Below, piece by piece: positions 33,501 through 48,500 of a stretch of 64,000 nt of DNA. Where the stretch lies: the NCBI GenBank assembly GCA_964234715.1, contig OZ174288.1, one strand, 5' to 3'. Numbering within the stretch: the stretch's first letter is position 1; every line of letters starts with the position of its first letter. The DNA comes from Podarcis melisellensis. Lineage: Eukaryota. The position numbers and the translations under genes were made by a program. The notes below the pieces were generated by a model. The model made no database searches, had not been told where the DNA came from, and saw only the letters and a list, made by a program, of their open reading frames with translations.

Positions 33501-36500
33501 TTGGGGTGAAGTAATATTTTTTGCAATTGTTGTTTCTTATGAGATAAGCCAGTATCACACACTTCCATATAGAACCTCCCTGGATTGTGTACTCATTGCA
33601 GCTCAGTACATGCACTTCCAAGTCAGTTATAGGCACCTGTCAACTCCTGTAGGTGAGGCATGAAATTTTCCCTATTACTCTCTTGCCTGAAGAGGCTGGA
33701 ATTCCATTATATACAAAGCCCTTCTAAGACACAATTGTATTTCCCAAGCTGAAAATCGCACCTCTACCCTCACAGGCACCAAGTTTTTATGTGCTGGTCA
33801 TCTGTCAGGAATCAGCTGGATATCCTGTTCTGTAGATGTCTTAATTTCCTGGAGTTTTGCTGCATTCGGTGGAATGCATTATACTGATGGAGATGATGTC
33901 CCAGTCTCCCTGTTCAGCTTTCTCAGTGCTGGACAGATAAGCACAATTGAAGTGTGTTTGCCACCACTAGAGATATTCTGGGAGAATATCTGATCTTCCA
34001 CATCTTGAGTAAGATGAGCAGGCCAGCCTCTACACAAAAGAAGAATAAGACCTCAGAAATGGCAGCATTAAGAATTAATGTTTTTTAATGGTGATTTCTT
34101 AATGGTGGTGCTACATGTAAATTAATTAATCAGTAAGAACAGCAACATTTTAACTGCTTTTCTGTTCTTGTTAACCTTAGCAGAACTAGTCCACTAAATG
34201 CATCCCTTGCCTGGACCAGGTTGGACATCTCCCTGGATACCTTAATTTAGACCAGGTTTGAGTTGGGCTTGACAGGCAGAAGCTATACCAGGAGTGGCCA
34301 AGCACATACTAGGCCTCGCCAATTGAAAGGCTTCCTGTTGCCAATTGCTCTGAATGTGGCAACCCCTCCCTTCCTGGCCAGGAAATCCTTCCAACAGCCA
34401 TGAACAGCACTCCCAGGCCAGAGTGGCTTCCTAGCCACGGAAGTGGAACTTCTTGCTTCAAGCCCCCAAACTCCTCCCATCTCTCTTGTCTTTTTATTTA
34501 TGACCAGCCTGGCAGAGCTTAGCAGACCCTCCGGGCAGCAACTGGGGTTAAGAGGACCTGTAATTCATTTCGGTTCTCTTAATCATATGGGATCTGTATG
34601 TTCATTTCCAGGCCCAAGATGACGACCAAGCATGGTTTAATGATGGGAGGATGCCTCCTGTTGTGGTTCCCTTTGGGCACCAAATGGTGACACTGGATGT
34701 ATGCTAAAGCACATCCAAATGGGGGCTCATCTCAGGCATGCCAAATCCTGCTCCCCGCAAAAAAATAATTCTCTCTGCAGATGGGCACCATTTTCTTGTG
34801 TGGAAACAGCTCCCCACATTTCCCAGGGAATCTGGCTTCTCTTCCATTTTCACAGCAGCCCGTTTCGGTGACTTGGGAGGAAGCCCCATTGGAAACAACG
34901 GGACTTAATTTGGAGACGACATGATGCATCCTCTAGAACAGCACTTGCGGGCTCCCCTTCCCCAGGTCTTGCAGGAGGGAAGTGGAGTGGCTCCTTTTGC
35001 ATCCACAACCTGAGCGAGCTCCCGTCCTGGGGAAGAGCCGTGCAACGCCCCCCACTTCCAGCCCTCTCTTGCCCCTTTCCTGCTCAGTCGTGCGCTTGGG
35101 CAGTTCGGAGGCCTTGGACCTTGCCGCGGCTCACGAGGGGTTAAGGCTGCCGGGGCGGGGGGGAGCAGCTCCGCCCCCTCCTCCTCCCCCCCACTTCGCC
35201 GCCGCCGCCGCCGCTTTGCACTGACAGCAGCTGCCTGGCGCAGCCCAGGCCCAGCCGGCATCGTCGCGGAGGGCAGCCGAGGGCGGAGGGACGCGTCGCC
35301 ACCTCACCGGGTACGTGCATGGGGTGGGGGGAGCGGGGATGGGACCGGCCGCGGCCGGCCAGCCGGCCAGAGGGGTGGGATCCTGGGAGGACGAGGGTGG
35401 CCAGAGCCCTCCGCGCATCGCACGGGCCGAGAGGAGGCCCGTCGGGGGACGGAAGGGGGGCTGCACCCCGCATGCCCGACCTCCGGAAGGGAGCGGAGGG
35501 AGGAGAGGAGGGAGGGGGCGCAGCAGCATCCTCGTCCGCAGCTGCTGCCCGCTCCTCCCCCCCCCCGGCTTCATTGCTTCCCCCCGCGGGGACGTGCCCC
35601 GAGGGGTATCCCTGCCCGGGGGGGGGGGACTGGTCTTGGGCAGATGAGCCAGCTAGCCCTCCTGGGACTGGAAGGCGGAGGCGCTGGTACTTTTGCTCCG
35701 GAGGGGGCAGCTCGCAGGCTGGCTGGCTAGCCTGCCCACCAAGGCCTCCGGGAAAAGGGTCCGGCCAGCGCCCCCTTTCGCCTTTGCCGGGGAGGGGGGA
35801 CGCGGTGGCGGAGGCTCTTGAGCGCGCACGCGAGGCGCGCACACTGCGGCAAATTTTGCAGCTGGCGCCCGCCTGCTCCAAGTGCCGCGTGGGGTGGGGG
35901 TGGGGGGCGCAGGGAGTCAGCTTGGCGGCCTCCGGCCTGCCGGACCCCTTGGGAGCACGCCTCCTCCGGGACCAGCCCCCGCCTTCTCAGGCACCGATGC
36001 TTCCAGAAGCGGTGCGGGAGGGGGGATGTTCTCCAAGAGCTCTTGAACGCTGCCGGAGATGCCCTCGATGGATTGGAAAGAAGCACTGCCCGAGAGGATG
36101 GACTGCCCCCCTCCCCGCACATGCTTTCTTCTGGCCTGCTTGCCCAGCCCCCGTCGTTCCCCACGTTGTTGCTTAGATGTCTCAGCTTAGTCCCGTGGAG
36201 TTCCCCCTCTTCTTCCAACATGGGTGCCCCACCCTCTGGTGCCAGTGAGGATGCCAGCAGCAGGGTGCATCATCTTGTCTGCCAGTCAGGTCAAGCTCGC
36301 TCGCTCTCTGACCCACCCCAGTCCCACTGCCTCTTGGAAGCCCCTTCCCACATCAAGGGTCCTAAGCACTTTAGAGGAGCCCTGCAGCTGCAAGATCAGG
36401 CCTAAGGGGGCTCAGCTGGTACTGTACTCTGTTCTCACAGTGGCCAAGCAGATGCCCCAGGGGGAAGCTCAAAAGCAGGACAAGAGCACAGTGCTCCTCC

Positions 36501-39500
36501 ACATTTCCTCAGCATCCTGACCCTGGAGGGGGAACACAGCCATTTTGCTTGCACTAATTGGTAACCTTATCCCCCTCCATGAAGTTGTCCACTCCTCTTT
36601 TCAAGTTTTCCCCATTTGTGGCCACCATCACTGCCTCCCCTAGGAGTGAATTTCAGGGTTTAACTCTGTGCTGCTGTGTGAAGGAGTCCTTCCTTTTGTC
36701 TGCCCTGGACCATCCTGGCTGAGCCAAAGAAAGGAGGCCCCAGAAGTCTCCTGCTGATGGAAGGCTTTTCTTTCTGCATGTGGACAATCTGTGAAAGTCA
36801 CTATCTGAAGCTACTGGAACATCTGTCTAAGAACAAATCAGTGGGGCTTAAAGGTGCTTAGCTTTGACTGGATTGTGCCCTAAGCAAGGCATTATCTTTA
36901 TTGGATCAGCTGGCTGGTATGGAGGAGATACAGGCTTTTGAGTCATACAACCCTCTTTATCAGGCACAATGGAATGGAAGCCAAATCTTGGGGTGGGGAT
37001 GCTGCTTCCTCATGCAGAAGCTTCCTGTGGCATCCTGTGGCCATCCATTGCAAATGCTTCAACACTAGAGAAGAAAATCAATTTGATTGCCAAAGGTTGC
37101 AGGGCATTACAGGGAGGCGGGAGGCCTGGTTGCAACCCTAGGCTTGGCTACTCAGAAGTAAGCCACATTGAGTTATCTGGAACTTACTTCCAGGTAAGTG
37201 TGTGTAGGACTGAATTCTTAATCTTCCTTCAGACATAAAGGCCAAGGTACAGTAAAATTACCTCTGAGGGTAAGGACTAGGTTAGTTATGCAGAAGGATA
37301 CAGCCAGAGTTTGCATCCAGAATCGCTTCCCTGCTTCTCCAGCTCTGAAAGGTGAAGGGTAGTAGTGTCTCAGTCCTTAGATCACCTCCTTTGTCTGCAA
37401 AAGGTCCCAGGCTTAGTCCTTGATGACATCTCCAGGTAGACCTGGGAATGTCCCCTGACATCCTGGAGTCTCATTGCTGCCAGTCAGTGTATAAAAATCT
37501 GAGTTTGATGGACCCCATTGGTCTGGTTCTGTATAAGGCAACTGCTTCCACTGCGGTTCCAAAGTAGCCAGAGTAGACCCATTGTAGGAGGCCAACCTGC
37601 TATGCAAATTTTGGAGTGGATTTTGCACTCCAGATGCAAATAATTTTGCATTCCCAAAGGCACACCTCATGGAGTTCTGGAGGAGAGACTTGATCATTTT
37701 AAGGCTGCTTTCTTCATGGTATTTTTAAAAACTTTGTATTATTTCCCTAAGCTACAGAGTAATTCCCAATAGAACAAGTAAATAAGAATCCATAAAAAAC
37801 ACAGTCCATTAAAAGAACAACAAATCACTAAGCAACATTTAATAGCAGCAATCGGGCCTCTCCTCCAAATGCCCTCCAAGAAGATGTACCCTCTTAAAAT
37901 GCTCATAGCTACCTTGAAAGACTGCACGGAAAAGAAAGAAAGGGAGACTTTCCCTAAGTATATGATAAAGTACTAGAACTGGGTTTTGTTCCTAAAGCCA
38001 AAAAATAGTTTTGTATTTTGCAGCCAACTGAGGAAAATTTAAATTTTAAAACTTTAAATGGAGTTACAAGCACATAAGATGTCTAGGCCAGCATCTTGTT
38101 TCTCAGAGGTCCAGCCCCAGGTATTCAAAATCTTTTGATCATGAAGGTTTGTGTACAGCCAGCCTGACTGGTAGCCATAAAGAGCGTTCATGGATTTGTT
38201 TAATAATTCTCCTTCTGTGCCATCTACATTGGTGAACATCTTGGGACATCAAATTCCATGGCTCCACTATATATTTTGGGGGAAAGTCCTTCCCTTTGTT
38301 TGTCCTGAATCATCCAACATTCAGCCTTATTGAATGACCCCACTGGTTTCTACTATCATGAGAAAGGGAGAAAAACTTCACTGTATCTAATTTTGCCATA
38401 CCATGCTGAATTTTATATCTGTTTAGCACATCTCTCTCCCCCACCCCAACACACACACTGCTTACCCTTTTCTTAAACTAAAAAGACTTAGAAGGTTGAC
38501 ATTATTAAACATGACTACTTTAGGTTTATTCATTTCAATGGATCACTTGGGCAGAACACCCCATAAACTATGTCACCTTTCTGTATAGGGGAGTTGTGCC
38601 AACCCCTTCCCTCCTTCGTTTGGCTTGCCCATTTCTGCACCTTTTCCAGCTCTACAATAGCCTTTTTGAGGTACATAAACCAGAACAGTACACAATATTC
38701 CAAGTGTGGTTGCACCAAGTCATTACAATATAGGGAGATCCCCCCCCTACACTTTCCTAAAGATCCATCAAAATAAATTCACCATATGCAATTGGCCCAC
38801 TGTTCTCACCTGAGCAAAGCTGCTCCTGGACATCGCCAGGACCTGGACATCTGTGTCCAAGGCTGGATCCAGGAGCATTCCAAGCTGCAAACCTGAGCTT
38901 TCAAGGGGGATGCAGCTTCAGCCAAGGCAGACTGAATCCCCATTCCCTGAGCTGCCATTCTGTGACTAGGAAAACATCTGTCTTGTTGGGATTAAGCATC
39001 ATTTTGTTAGCCCTTTTCTGATCCAATGCTAACTGCAAATGCTAATGTAGGAGTTGGGGGGGGGAAGAATGGATTTAGATGGGAAGGAAATATAGAGTTG
39101 GGGGTCACCCACATCTCAGTAGCATCAAATCCCCAAAGCTTGCATGACTTCTCTGAGCAGTTTATTAATGAACAAGTTAAAAAAATCTAGTCCAGGTGCA
39201 GCCCCTCCTTTAGGATGAGAATTGTTCAAATGCAAGGAGATGAGTCAGATGAGGACTGCAGGAGTTGAGTGGCTCCATCTACAAAAACATTACCTGAAGG
39301 CTCACTAGGTCACCCACCTTGCGTCTGCGCTCCCTCCTCTGAGTGGGTGCCACCCATCCACCTTGCAAAGCTGACATCACTGCACCCATCACAGTCAGAG
39401 ATTCCTAGGCATTTGGGGGTGGGTGACTCTTGTTTTTCTAGTTCTCTTTGACCCATCAGCTACTGACAGGTCATCCTACAGGTAGGTCTAGTTGCTGTGA

Positions 39501-42500
39501 AGAATCAGAAAAGGAGTGGACATCTTCCTGGAAAAAGAGTGGGGGCTCATCAGTTGAGCCCCACAGGTTTCTGGGCAGTGCCAAGAAGTGAATGGATGAT
39601 GGCAAAACTGCCCCCCTCCAGGGTCAAGCTCTCTCTTTTTTTTCACATGGTCGGCCACAGAGCCAAATCCCAGCAGCCCTCAGAATGGTATGCAGGAATC
39701 CAGAACAGATGATGGCTTTGTGCTTTGTCTGGCCCTGCTGGAGCCATTGGCCTGGCACACATTGTCAGCCACAAGGAGAGGAGTTCCTGCCCACTTGCAG
39801 GGCCAAGGGTTTTCTCCTTGCCCAGCTTCTAGTCTGCCCCCTCTCCAAAGGGCAAGAGTGGAACCCTCCCCCATTTGCATGGGTGTTTGAAGGCAGAAGT
39901 AGAGGTGGGGCTGGGGTTTTCTTGCAATAAATTTAACTATGGGCAGGGAGGATGCAAAGAACTCCCAGCCACAGTATGCATAGCTTAGTCCAGAGCTCTA
40001 GCGCCATCTAATGTCTTGATCTGGTGCACCATGTCTCAAGGGCCAGGCAGGGTATTGAGAAGATGTCAGATTTCCAGTTCCCTTAGATTTCTTTAGATCA
40101 GTTGATCAAACTCTTCCAAGGGACCCCAATGCAGAATATGTTATAGTAGATGACTAGACTGCTGTAATGCACTCCATGTGGGGCTGCCTATAGAGACTTC
40201 ACGTGAAACGGAATGCATGTGGAGGAGAGCATAAAAAAGCATAGAAGAAGCCTAGGCTTTCCCTGATCAATAGGGTTGGACCCTGTTTTATGGGTATGAA
40301 CCCCCTAAATTTCTGCTTGATTTACTTTTATAGGTGTTTAGATTGTCTTATTGGCTGTATTTTAGTTTTTATATTGTATATAACGAACATTATTTAGAGA
40401 TTTTTGAAATATTAAGTAGTTTAGAATTACTTTTTAAAAAATATAAATAAATAAGGCACCACTACTACATACCAGATGCCTTTAGCTCTGATTTGCTTCT
40501 GGGCTCAATTTAAAATGCTAATCTGGACCTTTCCATCCCTAAATGGTTTGAATGTTGGTTTTATTTGATGGACCACCTGCATATGAAGCTGCCTGGGCCC
40601 CAGAAGCCTTCCTTGCAGGCTCATGGCCAGATACAGCAGGCTAACAGGCAATAGAGATGAGGCCTTTTTAGGAGTGGCTCCGGATCTTTGGAATTCTTGC
40701 TCAAAAGAAGTCTGCATGGCCACATCTTTCTTCATTTTAAAATGAGACTTTAAAACTTACTTGTTTCAGATTGCATTCTGTTAGAAGTGTGGTGAGGTGG
40801 GTTTTACCCTGCTGCTGTTTTTAGTTTTTGTAACTGGATTCTTTCCTTTATATTTTAAAAACTGTTTTATGGTTTAAAGATCTTTTGCAAGCTGCCTGGA
40901 AGAGCTTTGGCCTGAAAGGTGTTGCAGGGGAGCTTTACACAGACAGCCTTGAAACCAGGTTGGGAGGCATTCACAGCTTCCTCTGCCTACTGGGGCATTG
41001 GAGAACCTAGTTTGGTCCACATTTGTAAGCAGGCCAACTCATTTGCATTTGTCAGATGGAGAGATGGGCTGCAAGCTGCAGGTACCAGGAGATGATGAAA
41101 GCAGCCAGGAGTTCTGCAGAGGCCTCTGGAATCTGCTAGGGAGGGGAGATGGGGTGGTTGGGTGGATGGGAAGGCCAGCAAACAAGAGGCTGCCATCTCC
41201 TGGACACCTGTCCTTGACCCAGTGGCTTCTCCACGCCCCTGCCTGGCCTGCCTCCTTCCCCTGCCCACTTCTTGCAATATCAACTGTGAGCAGAGGAAAT
41301 CCTCTGATGCAAGCAGAATACTAAGCAGCCAAGCTTTGTTTTCCTGGGAGAGATTACTGACATGAATTGCTGCAGCAGCAGCCAGCAGCTGGGCAGGCCC
41401 ACAGAGGGTTGGAGGCAGGCAGGGTGCTCTCTGGTGGCCAGCTTTGTCCTTGAAGGCTTAGTCTGAAGCTGGTGCAGGTGACCAGGCACAGAGGCCAAGG
41501 CCAACCAAAAACTCTCCCTGCTGGGCTTCAGTGGGAGAGGACCAGTGGCAGTGTGGTGAGCATCCTCCTCTGCGGTGCCTGTAATCCATCAGATGCTGCA
41601 GGTTCAGTGGCAAGACGCCCACACCCCTCCCACCACTTTCTGGGTCCCTTGAGATTGGGAACAGAAGAAAGTTAAGTGGGGGTGGGGGAACCGTTGCTCA
41701 GCAAATGTATATTGACAAGAGGTTTTGCATCCTCTTTGCAAGGCAAGTGAGGGGGCATTCCCAAGAGGAAAGAGGAAGGGGATGCAGCAGAGGGAGAGAA
41801 GAAGATGGTTTCCTAAGCAGAGGCCTTTGGAGAGAAGTGGTCCTCAGCTTTGGCCTGGCTCAACCTCCTTGTTTAGTGACTCAGAGGAATGTGTTTGTTT
41901 TTATATCTATTCACTTCTTAATGAGTACCTGGGTTGCTAGTCACACAGTCCTGGGCAAAGCAGCCTCATGCTTCCAATGAGCATGACTCATTTTTTCCAG
42001 AGCTTGACCCTAGAGAACGAAAGGTGTGCTTGATTTTTGTCATAAAATTGTTTTATGAACACCCTCCCTCCTTTTAAGCATTTCCAGAACACCCTCCCTC
42101 CTTTCAAAATCCTCTGTCCATCTTCATCTATAGAGAAATACGGAGAGCTGGAAGGGCCGGGGAGGGGAGGGGAATTGAGCAGCTCATGGCTTCAGCTCAG
42201 TCCTTGGAGCCCAGAGCAGCTGCTGTACGATGGATGCCAAGCAGGAACAGCTGCTGTAGTGCAAAATCCTGGGCGCGCGCGCACACACACACACTGTGTG
42301 TCTGTCTTTTTTTTTTTTTAATGGATGCATTTTAAATTGGCCACAGAGCTCAACCCATGGAGTGTTTTACAACTCAGCAGCAGGAGCCCAGACTCCCAGG
42401 GAAAGTATTGGGTTGGGCAGCTCATCTCTTTTGCAAGGATCACTGCAGGCTCATGAGGAACCCTCACCACACACACACACACTGCTCATTTCCCAAACTC

Positions 42501-45500
42501 ACAACTGCCGGCACAATTCTGAGGAGCGGGGAGGGGCTGCCCGAAGCTAGAGCATTTGCAAGATCCATGCTATGGGCATGTTTATGTCTTGCTCATTGAA
42601 CATCCAAACACATCTGCATATCCAGCAGTGCTGGAAGAAGCTTCCTCATCAGTGCACATCTCAAATTTACAGGACTCCAGAGCAGCCTTTCAGCCCTAAA
42701 GCAAAATCATTTTCTGTCCCAATGAAAGCTGAAGTCAGCCCCCCAAATGGCTAGCATAAACTGTGCAGAGCAATACTTCCTGTGCCAAAATGTATTGGTC
42801 TAGTTTGGTTCTCATTTGTTGTTTGAAGCCACTCACCAAGGAATCTTCCTGCAGCTTCCCTGGGGTGGGAGTTCAAAGGTAGCTGGTCTGGGCTGCTCTA
42901 CTGGAGGTCACTTTCCTCAGGAACAGAGCAGGGAAAGCTGAAGCCAGCTTGGAAACTGCCAGCCCTTCCAGCTTCTCCTGGATAGCCACCATGGCCTGGT
43001 TCTGAAGGCAGGTGTTTTGCCCTTGGGCTCTGACTATGAGCACTTGTTTTGAACATAGCCTTTTCTACTGTCTCCCTAGGTCAGAGGACCCTCCACCACC
43101 AGAGCGAGGACCTGGACACAGTCATCCTAGTAAACCCTGATGAACAGAGCACAGTGTCAGAGGTAAAGCTCTGGCGTTCCTGCCTACCTGGGGTCAATGT
43201 AACCAGTGGGATTACACCTCTAAGAGTTGCTACAGTGGCATGGTGCAAAAGTTGCCTGCTTCTTGACTCTGGGGGCAAACCAGCTACAAATCCCTTGTGA
43301 AACCATCCTCCTGCCCCATCAGGATAAAAATTTATGAAGGGGAGTAGATAAAGGCCTTAAAACAAAGATCCTCCTGCAAAGCCCTGTACTCGGGACTGCA
43401 CCCAGTTCCCTCCCCCACTTCTAGGGACCTGGCTGCCTTCCTGCTTTTTCTCTCTGCCTGCAGCTAAATTTGACTGCACAGATTATCCTGACCAGGTGTG
43501 TGTGGGGGGGTATTTGGGTTCCCTGCCACCCCTCCTGTGACCTTGCTTGGGGCACGGCTGGGATATTATGGGGCTGTGTCTAGAGCCCAGACTCAAGCAT
43601 GTTTAGCCAAGATGCAAAGCTGCCTCTCAATGGGGCTGCCTCTCCAAGCTCATTCATCAGACATGGCCGTTGGCATTATCTGAGTGAGGGCAGCATTTCT
43701 GCAAACTCAGGAGCTGAAACTGACTCTCCTGCTGCAAACAGGTTCGTTCCTTGATATGTGACCCTTCTGCCTACAAGCTGCTAGTGCTCTGTGGACAGAG
43801 CACAGACCAAGAAGGAGATTTGATCCTGCAGGCTGGGACCTTCACCTATCAGAAATTTGCTGAGATCCTTGCAGATCCAGAGGTAAATTGGGTGGGTGGG
43901 GAATCTGGGATTTGTATGTGTAGGAATCTGGCTGACATAGGTGGCTTGGGAGGCCATCCTCAGGCTGTTGTCTTCTTTTTAGTTTAGCTTAAGTCTTATT
44001 TCACAGCTTGTCTCGGAAAATCCTTTGCCTAAGATTAACACCCTGCAGTGTCATGGGGTACTGAGTTTGGGACCACCTTAAATGAGGATTTCTGCTACTA
44101 CTGTTGTACGCGTTACAAATCTTCCCAGGCATTCAGGATGTGTTACCAGAACTTTATTCACCATGCATTCCAACTCCTGGCTTATTGTAGGTTTGGGAAA
44201 CACTCAATTTCCTGCAGAGGCCCCTTTTGTTGGAGATTATTAGTCTCCAACACACACACATACACAGAGTAACATATTTCCAGGATGCTATTATTGATAC
44301 ATCTGGTGGACACCTCTGGCCACCCGAGAACAATAGTGAGTTACATAGGTTGACTGGTAGGTTTCCAGTTCTAGTTAAAAATTGAGCTTGCATGGATTTG
44401 ACTAAACAAGTCATTTTGGGGTTTTTTGTCAAGGACCTTTTGTGGTGCTTCTGACTATTGCCTGCTTCTGACTCTTGTAGGTTGCCCAGATTCTCAGCAA
44501 CACAGATCCAGCTTCCAAGGCCTCCCTGACTGTGTCGTGCTTAGGAGAGGGAGATTGGAGCAACCTAGGACACCCCCGATTCCAAGACCTTCTCAGTCTG
44601 AGACTGAACCCTGACCCAATTCTGCCAGAGATGGATGGGGTCTCTGAGTTTGCCGAATATGTCTCTGAGACAGTGGATGTCCCATCTCCCTTTGACCTCT
44701 TGGAACCCCCAACCTCAGGGGGCTTCCTCAAGCTGTCCAAGCCCTGCTGCTACATCTTCCCTGGAGGGAGGGGGGATTCAGCACTCTTTGCTGTCAATGG
44801 GTTCAACATCCTGGTGGATGGCGGTTCAGAGAGGAAGTCCTGTTTCTGGAAGCTGGTGCGGCACCTGGACAGAATTGACTCTGTTCTCCTGACCCACATT
44901 GGGGCTGATAACCTCCCTGGCATCAATGGTCTCTTGCAGAGGAAGATTGCTGAGCAGGATGAGGAGCAGTCTCAGGGCTCCACCAACTACAGTGACTGGA
45001 TGAAGAATCTCATCTCCCCTGAGCTTGGGGTGGTTTTCTTCAATGTCCCTGAGAAGCTCAAAATGCCCGAGTCTTCCATGAAGGCCAAGAGAAGCATTGA
45101 GGAGGCTAGCCTGACCCTGCAGTACCTCAACAGGCTGGGCGTGAGGCCAGAGCCCCTGTACAGGGTGGTCAGCAACACAATTGAGCCCATCACCTTGTTC
45201 CACAAAATGGGTGTTGGGAAATTGGACATGTATGTCTTGAACCCAGTCAAGGAGAGCAAGGAGATGCAGTTCCTCATGCAGAAGTGGGCTGGGAACAGCA
45301 AGGCCAAGACGGGCATCATTCTGCCCAATGGGAAGGAAGGGGAGATCTCTGTACCCTACCTGACCTCCATCACCGCCTTGGTTGTGTGGCTCCCAGCAAG
45401 TCCAACGGAAAAAATAGTGCGAGTTTTGTTCCCTGGGAATGCACCACAAAACAAGATTTTGGAAGGGCTTGAGAAACTCAGGCACTTGGATTTCCTGAAG

Positions 45501-48500
45501 TATCCTGTTGCTACGCAAAAGGAAATTGCCTCTGGCCTTCCCACCCTGGCACTCAAGCAGACCAAGATCAAGCAGAGGACAGACAGCAAGGAGAGCCTCA
45601 AGTCTTCTAAGCCGGCAGCTGCCAAGGCAGGTGGTGAGGAGGGAGCAAAGGAGGTGAAGTCCGAGGTCCTCAAAGAGGCCAAGACAGAGAAGAAGACCAA
45701 GGAGCCACTGGAAAAGCCCCCCAAGGCAGAGAAAGTAAGAATGGAATCCAGCGATGCCCTCAAAGCAGAGAAAAGGAAACACAACAAAGACAAAATGGGC
45801 AAGAAGCACCTCAAGGAGAAAGTGTCTAAGCTGGAGGAGAAAAGGGACAAGGAGAAGAAAGAGATCAAGAAAGAGAGGAAGGAAATTAAGAAAGATGATG
45901 GGAAGAAAGAGGAAAGGAAGGAGTCAAAAAAAGAAGAGAAAAAGAAGGAAGCCAAGCCGGAGCTGAAAAAGATTTCAAAGCCAGACTTGAAGTCATTCAC
46001 CCCTGAAGTGAGGAAGACTTTGTACAAGGCAAAAGCTCCTGGTCGGATCAAAGCGGAGAAAGCTCGCAGCAAAGCTGAGAAGGACGCTGCCCATGGAGAG
46101 CCAAAGAAGGCCTTGCCTGTGCCCAGGAAGCCACCAAGCCAGCCCCCAGAACCAGCAGGCTTGGCTGAACCCAGGCTGGTCTTGTCTTCCCCAGAAGACC
46201 TCACCAAGGACTTTGAGGAGCTGAAGGCTGAAAAGCAGGCCAGGCTTCCAGAGGCACCTGGTCCTGCAGAAGGAGAGGCAGGAAAGCAGGGGCTTAGTGA
46301 TGTGGCTGCTCAGGAGACAGACCTGATCCCAGAAAGAGTCAGTGGCCCAGACTCCTGGTCCCAAGGTGCAACAGAGGAGGAAACGGGCAAGGAGGGAGGA
46401 GGGGAAATGCCCAAAAGACCTGATGAGAGAGCAGCAGCCTTGGGGGAGCCCCTTGAGAGAACAGCAGAAGTCTCCAGAAAAGAAGCAGGAGAAGAGAGAG
46501 AGCCAATGCAGGCTTCCGGTAACTACTCGGAAGACAAATATTCTGCTTTGGAAATGAAGTGGATGGAGACCCAGGCAGAGAGGCAAATGGACAGGAGAGA
46601 CAAGGGATTGGAACAGGCAGAGCTGGAAGGGACCGGACAGCCCCTTGCAGAGGCCAAAAGGGAAGAGGCAGAGAAGAGTGAGCTTTCTCTCTTCCAGCAG
46701 CCAGAAGGTCCCCTCTTTCCCCCCAGAGGGAAGGAAAAAGAGGCCAAGGAGGAAAGCAGACTGCCTGGGAAGCAAAGAATGGGCAAGGGGGAGGAGGAGG
46801 AATCCTGCCTGGGCAGCGCTCCAGCCCCACTTGGAGAACACATCTCCTACATCCAGGATGAGACCATCCCTGGCTACTCAGAGACAGAGCAGACCATCTC
46901 CGATGAAGAGATCCACGATGAGCAGGAGGAGAGGCTGCCCCAGCTCAAGACAGATATTAGCTCTTCTGATATTGCGGTTCCAGACCAGACTGGCTCCTTT
47001 GAAGCTATCCACGGGATCCAGGCCATGGCAGCTGCTGGCCAAGACCCTGCAGTCCTTGCCTACCCCACCAACATTGTGGCTGCCCCCTTGGCAGAAGAGG
47101 AGCATGTTTCTTCAGCAACATCCATCACAGAGTGTGACAAGCTCTCCTCTTTTGCCACCTCTGTTGCAGAGGACCAGTCTGTTGCCTCGATAACAGCACC
47201 GCAGACAGAGGATACTGGCAAAAGCTCCTTGCTGCTGGATACAGTGAACAGCATCCCTTCCTCTAGAACAGAGGCTACCCAAGGTCTGGACTATGTTCCC
47301 TCCGCTGGCACCATTTCTCCCACATCTTCACTAGAGGAGGACAAAGGCTTCAAGTCTCCACCTCCAGAAGACTTCCGTATACAAGCAGAAGGTGAGAGGA
47401 GGCTTGAGGCCTGTAAAAAGGGCCTGCAGCAGCAACAGGAACCAGAACAGGAGGAGGAGGAAGAGGAGGAGGAAGAAGAAGATGAGACACCAAATATTGA
47501 GAAGCCTTGGAGAGCGCAGGGTCATTATGATGCACCTTTGTTTTCTCAGCAAGGGCCCCTGGGAGATGATTTAAAAGGAGTGCCAGTGGAAGGATCCCAA
47601 GAGGCCATGCTGATACTCGATGGAGAAGCCCAGTTGCTGCAGGTAGTTGCAGGCTCTGGTGAGGCTGAAGAGCGGTGCATGAGCCCTGATGACAGCACAG
47701 TCAAGATGGCATCTCCCACCCAGTCGGGCCCCACCAGCGCTGGGCACACACCTTTCCACCAGTCCCCCGTAGAGGAGAAATCGGACACTGTGGAGGCTGA
47801 GCTGTTTGACAAGTCTTCTGAGGCCCCTGTGAAATGGGATGAAGAAAGAAGTCCCAGCAAAGCCACTGAGATCTCCGGGGCTTTTGAAGGAGAGGTCGCT
47901 GCTACTGAGGGGCTCTTTTCTGGGGGGAAAGAGGCATCAACTCTCCTTCAGGACAAGCCTGTCCCAGAAAGTGTGACTGTATCAGAATCTGCACCTGTCC
48001 AGGGTGAGGATCGGAGACTGCCTCTTGAGAAAGAGGAGCTGGCCATCAGCTTCTACCACAAGCAAGAGACCCTGGACATTTCTGACCTTTATCCTCTCAC
48101 CAAAGACACACTTCTAGAGCCCAAAGAGGGCTCTCCATTGAAGGGAGCAGACACTACCGAGGAAGCCTCCCAGGAAAGCATGAAGTGTCCTGCCCATGAG
48201 GTGCTCTTCTCTGCGGCTGAAATTCCTCCTCCAGAAGGGTGGGAGGAACTTTCCGATAGAGCTTTTGGTGAGAGTTCTTCACAAGTGCCCACAAAACCGC
48301 TTTCACCAGAGGAAGCAAAGGTGTTCCCATTTATTGAAGACACTCCTGGGAAAGCAAAATGTTCAGATGATTTTGCCATGGAAAAATTGCCAGAAGATGG
48401 GAATGCCCTACATTTCACAGAGCGCAGCTTAGGCCAAGAGGGACCCCCCTCAGTTGCTATCAAATACACTTCCCCAGAAGGCAGCGACATTTCTGTGAGC

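Noticed and set aside
35131-36405. Long ORFs in the intronic CpG island
   Set aside because: Low-complexity G/P/R/A translations on both strands; GC artefact
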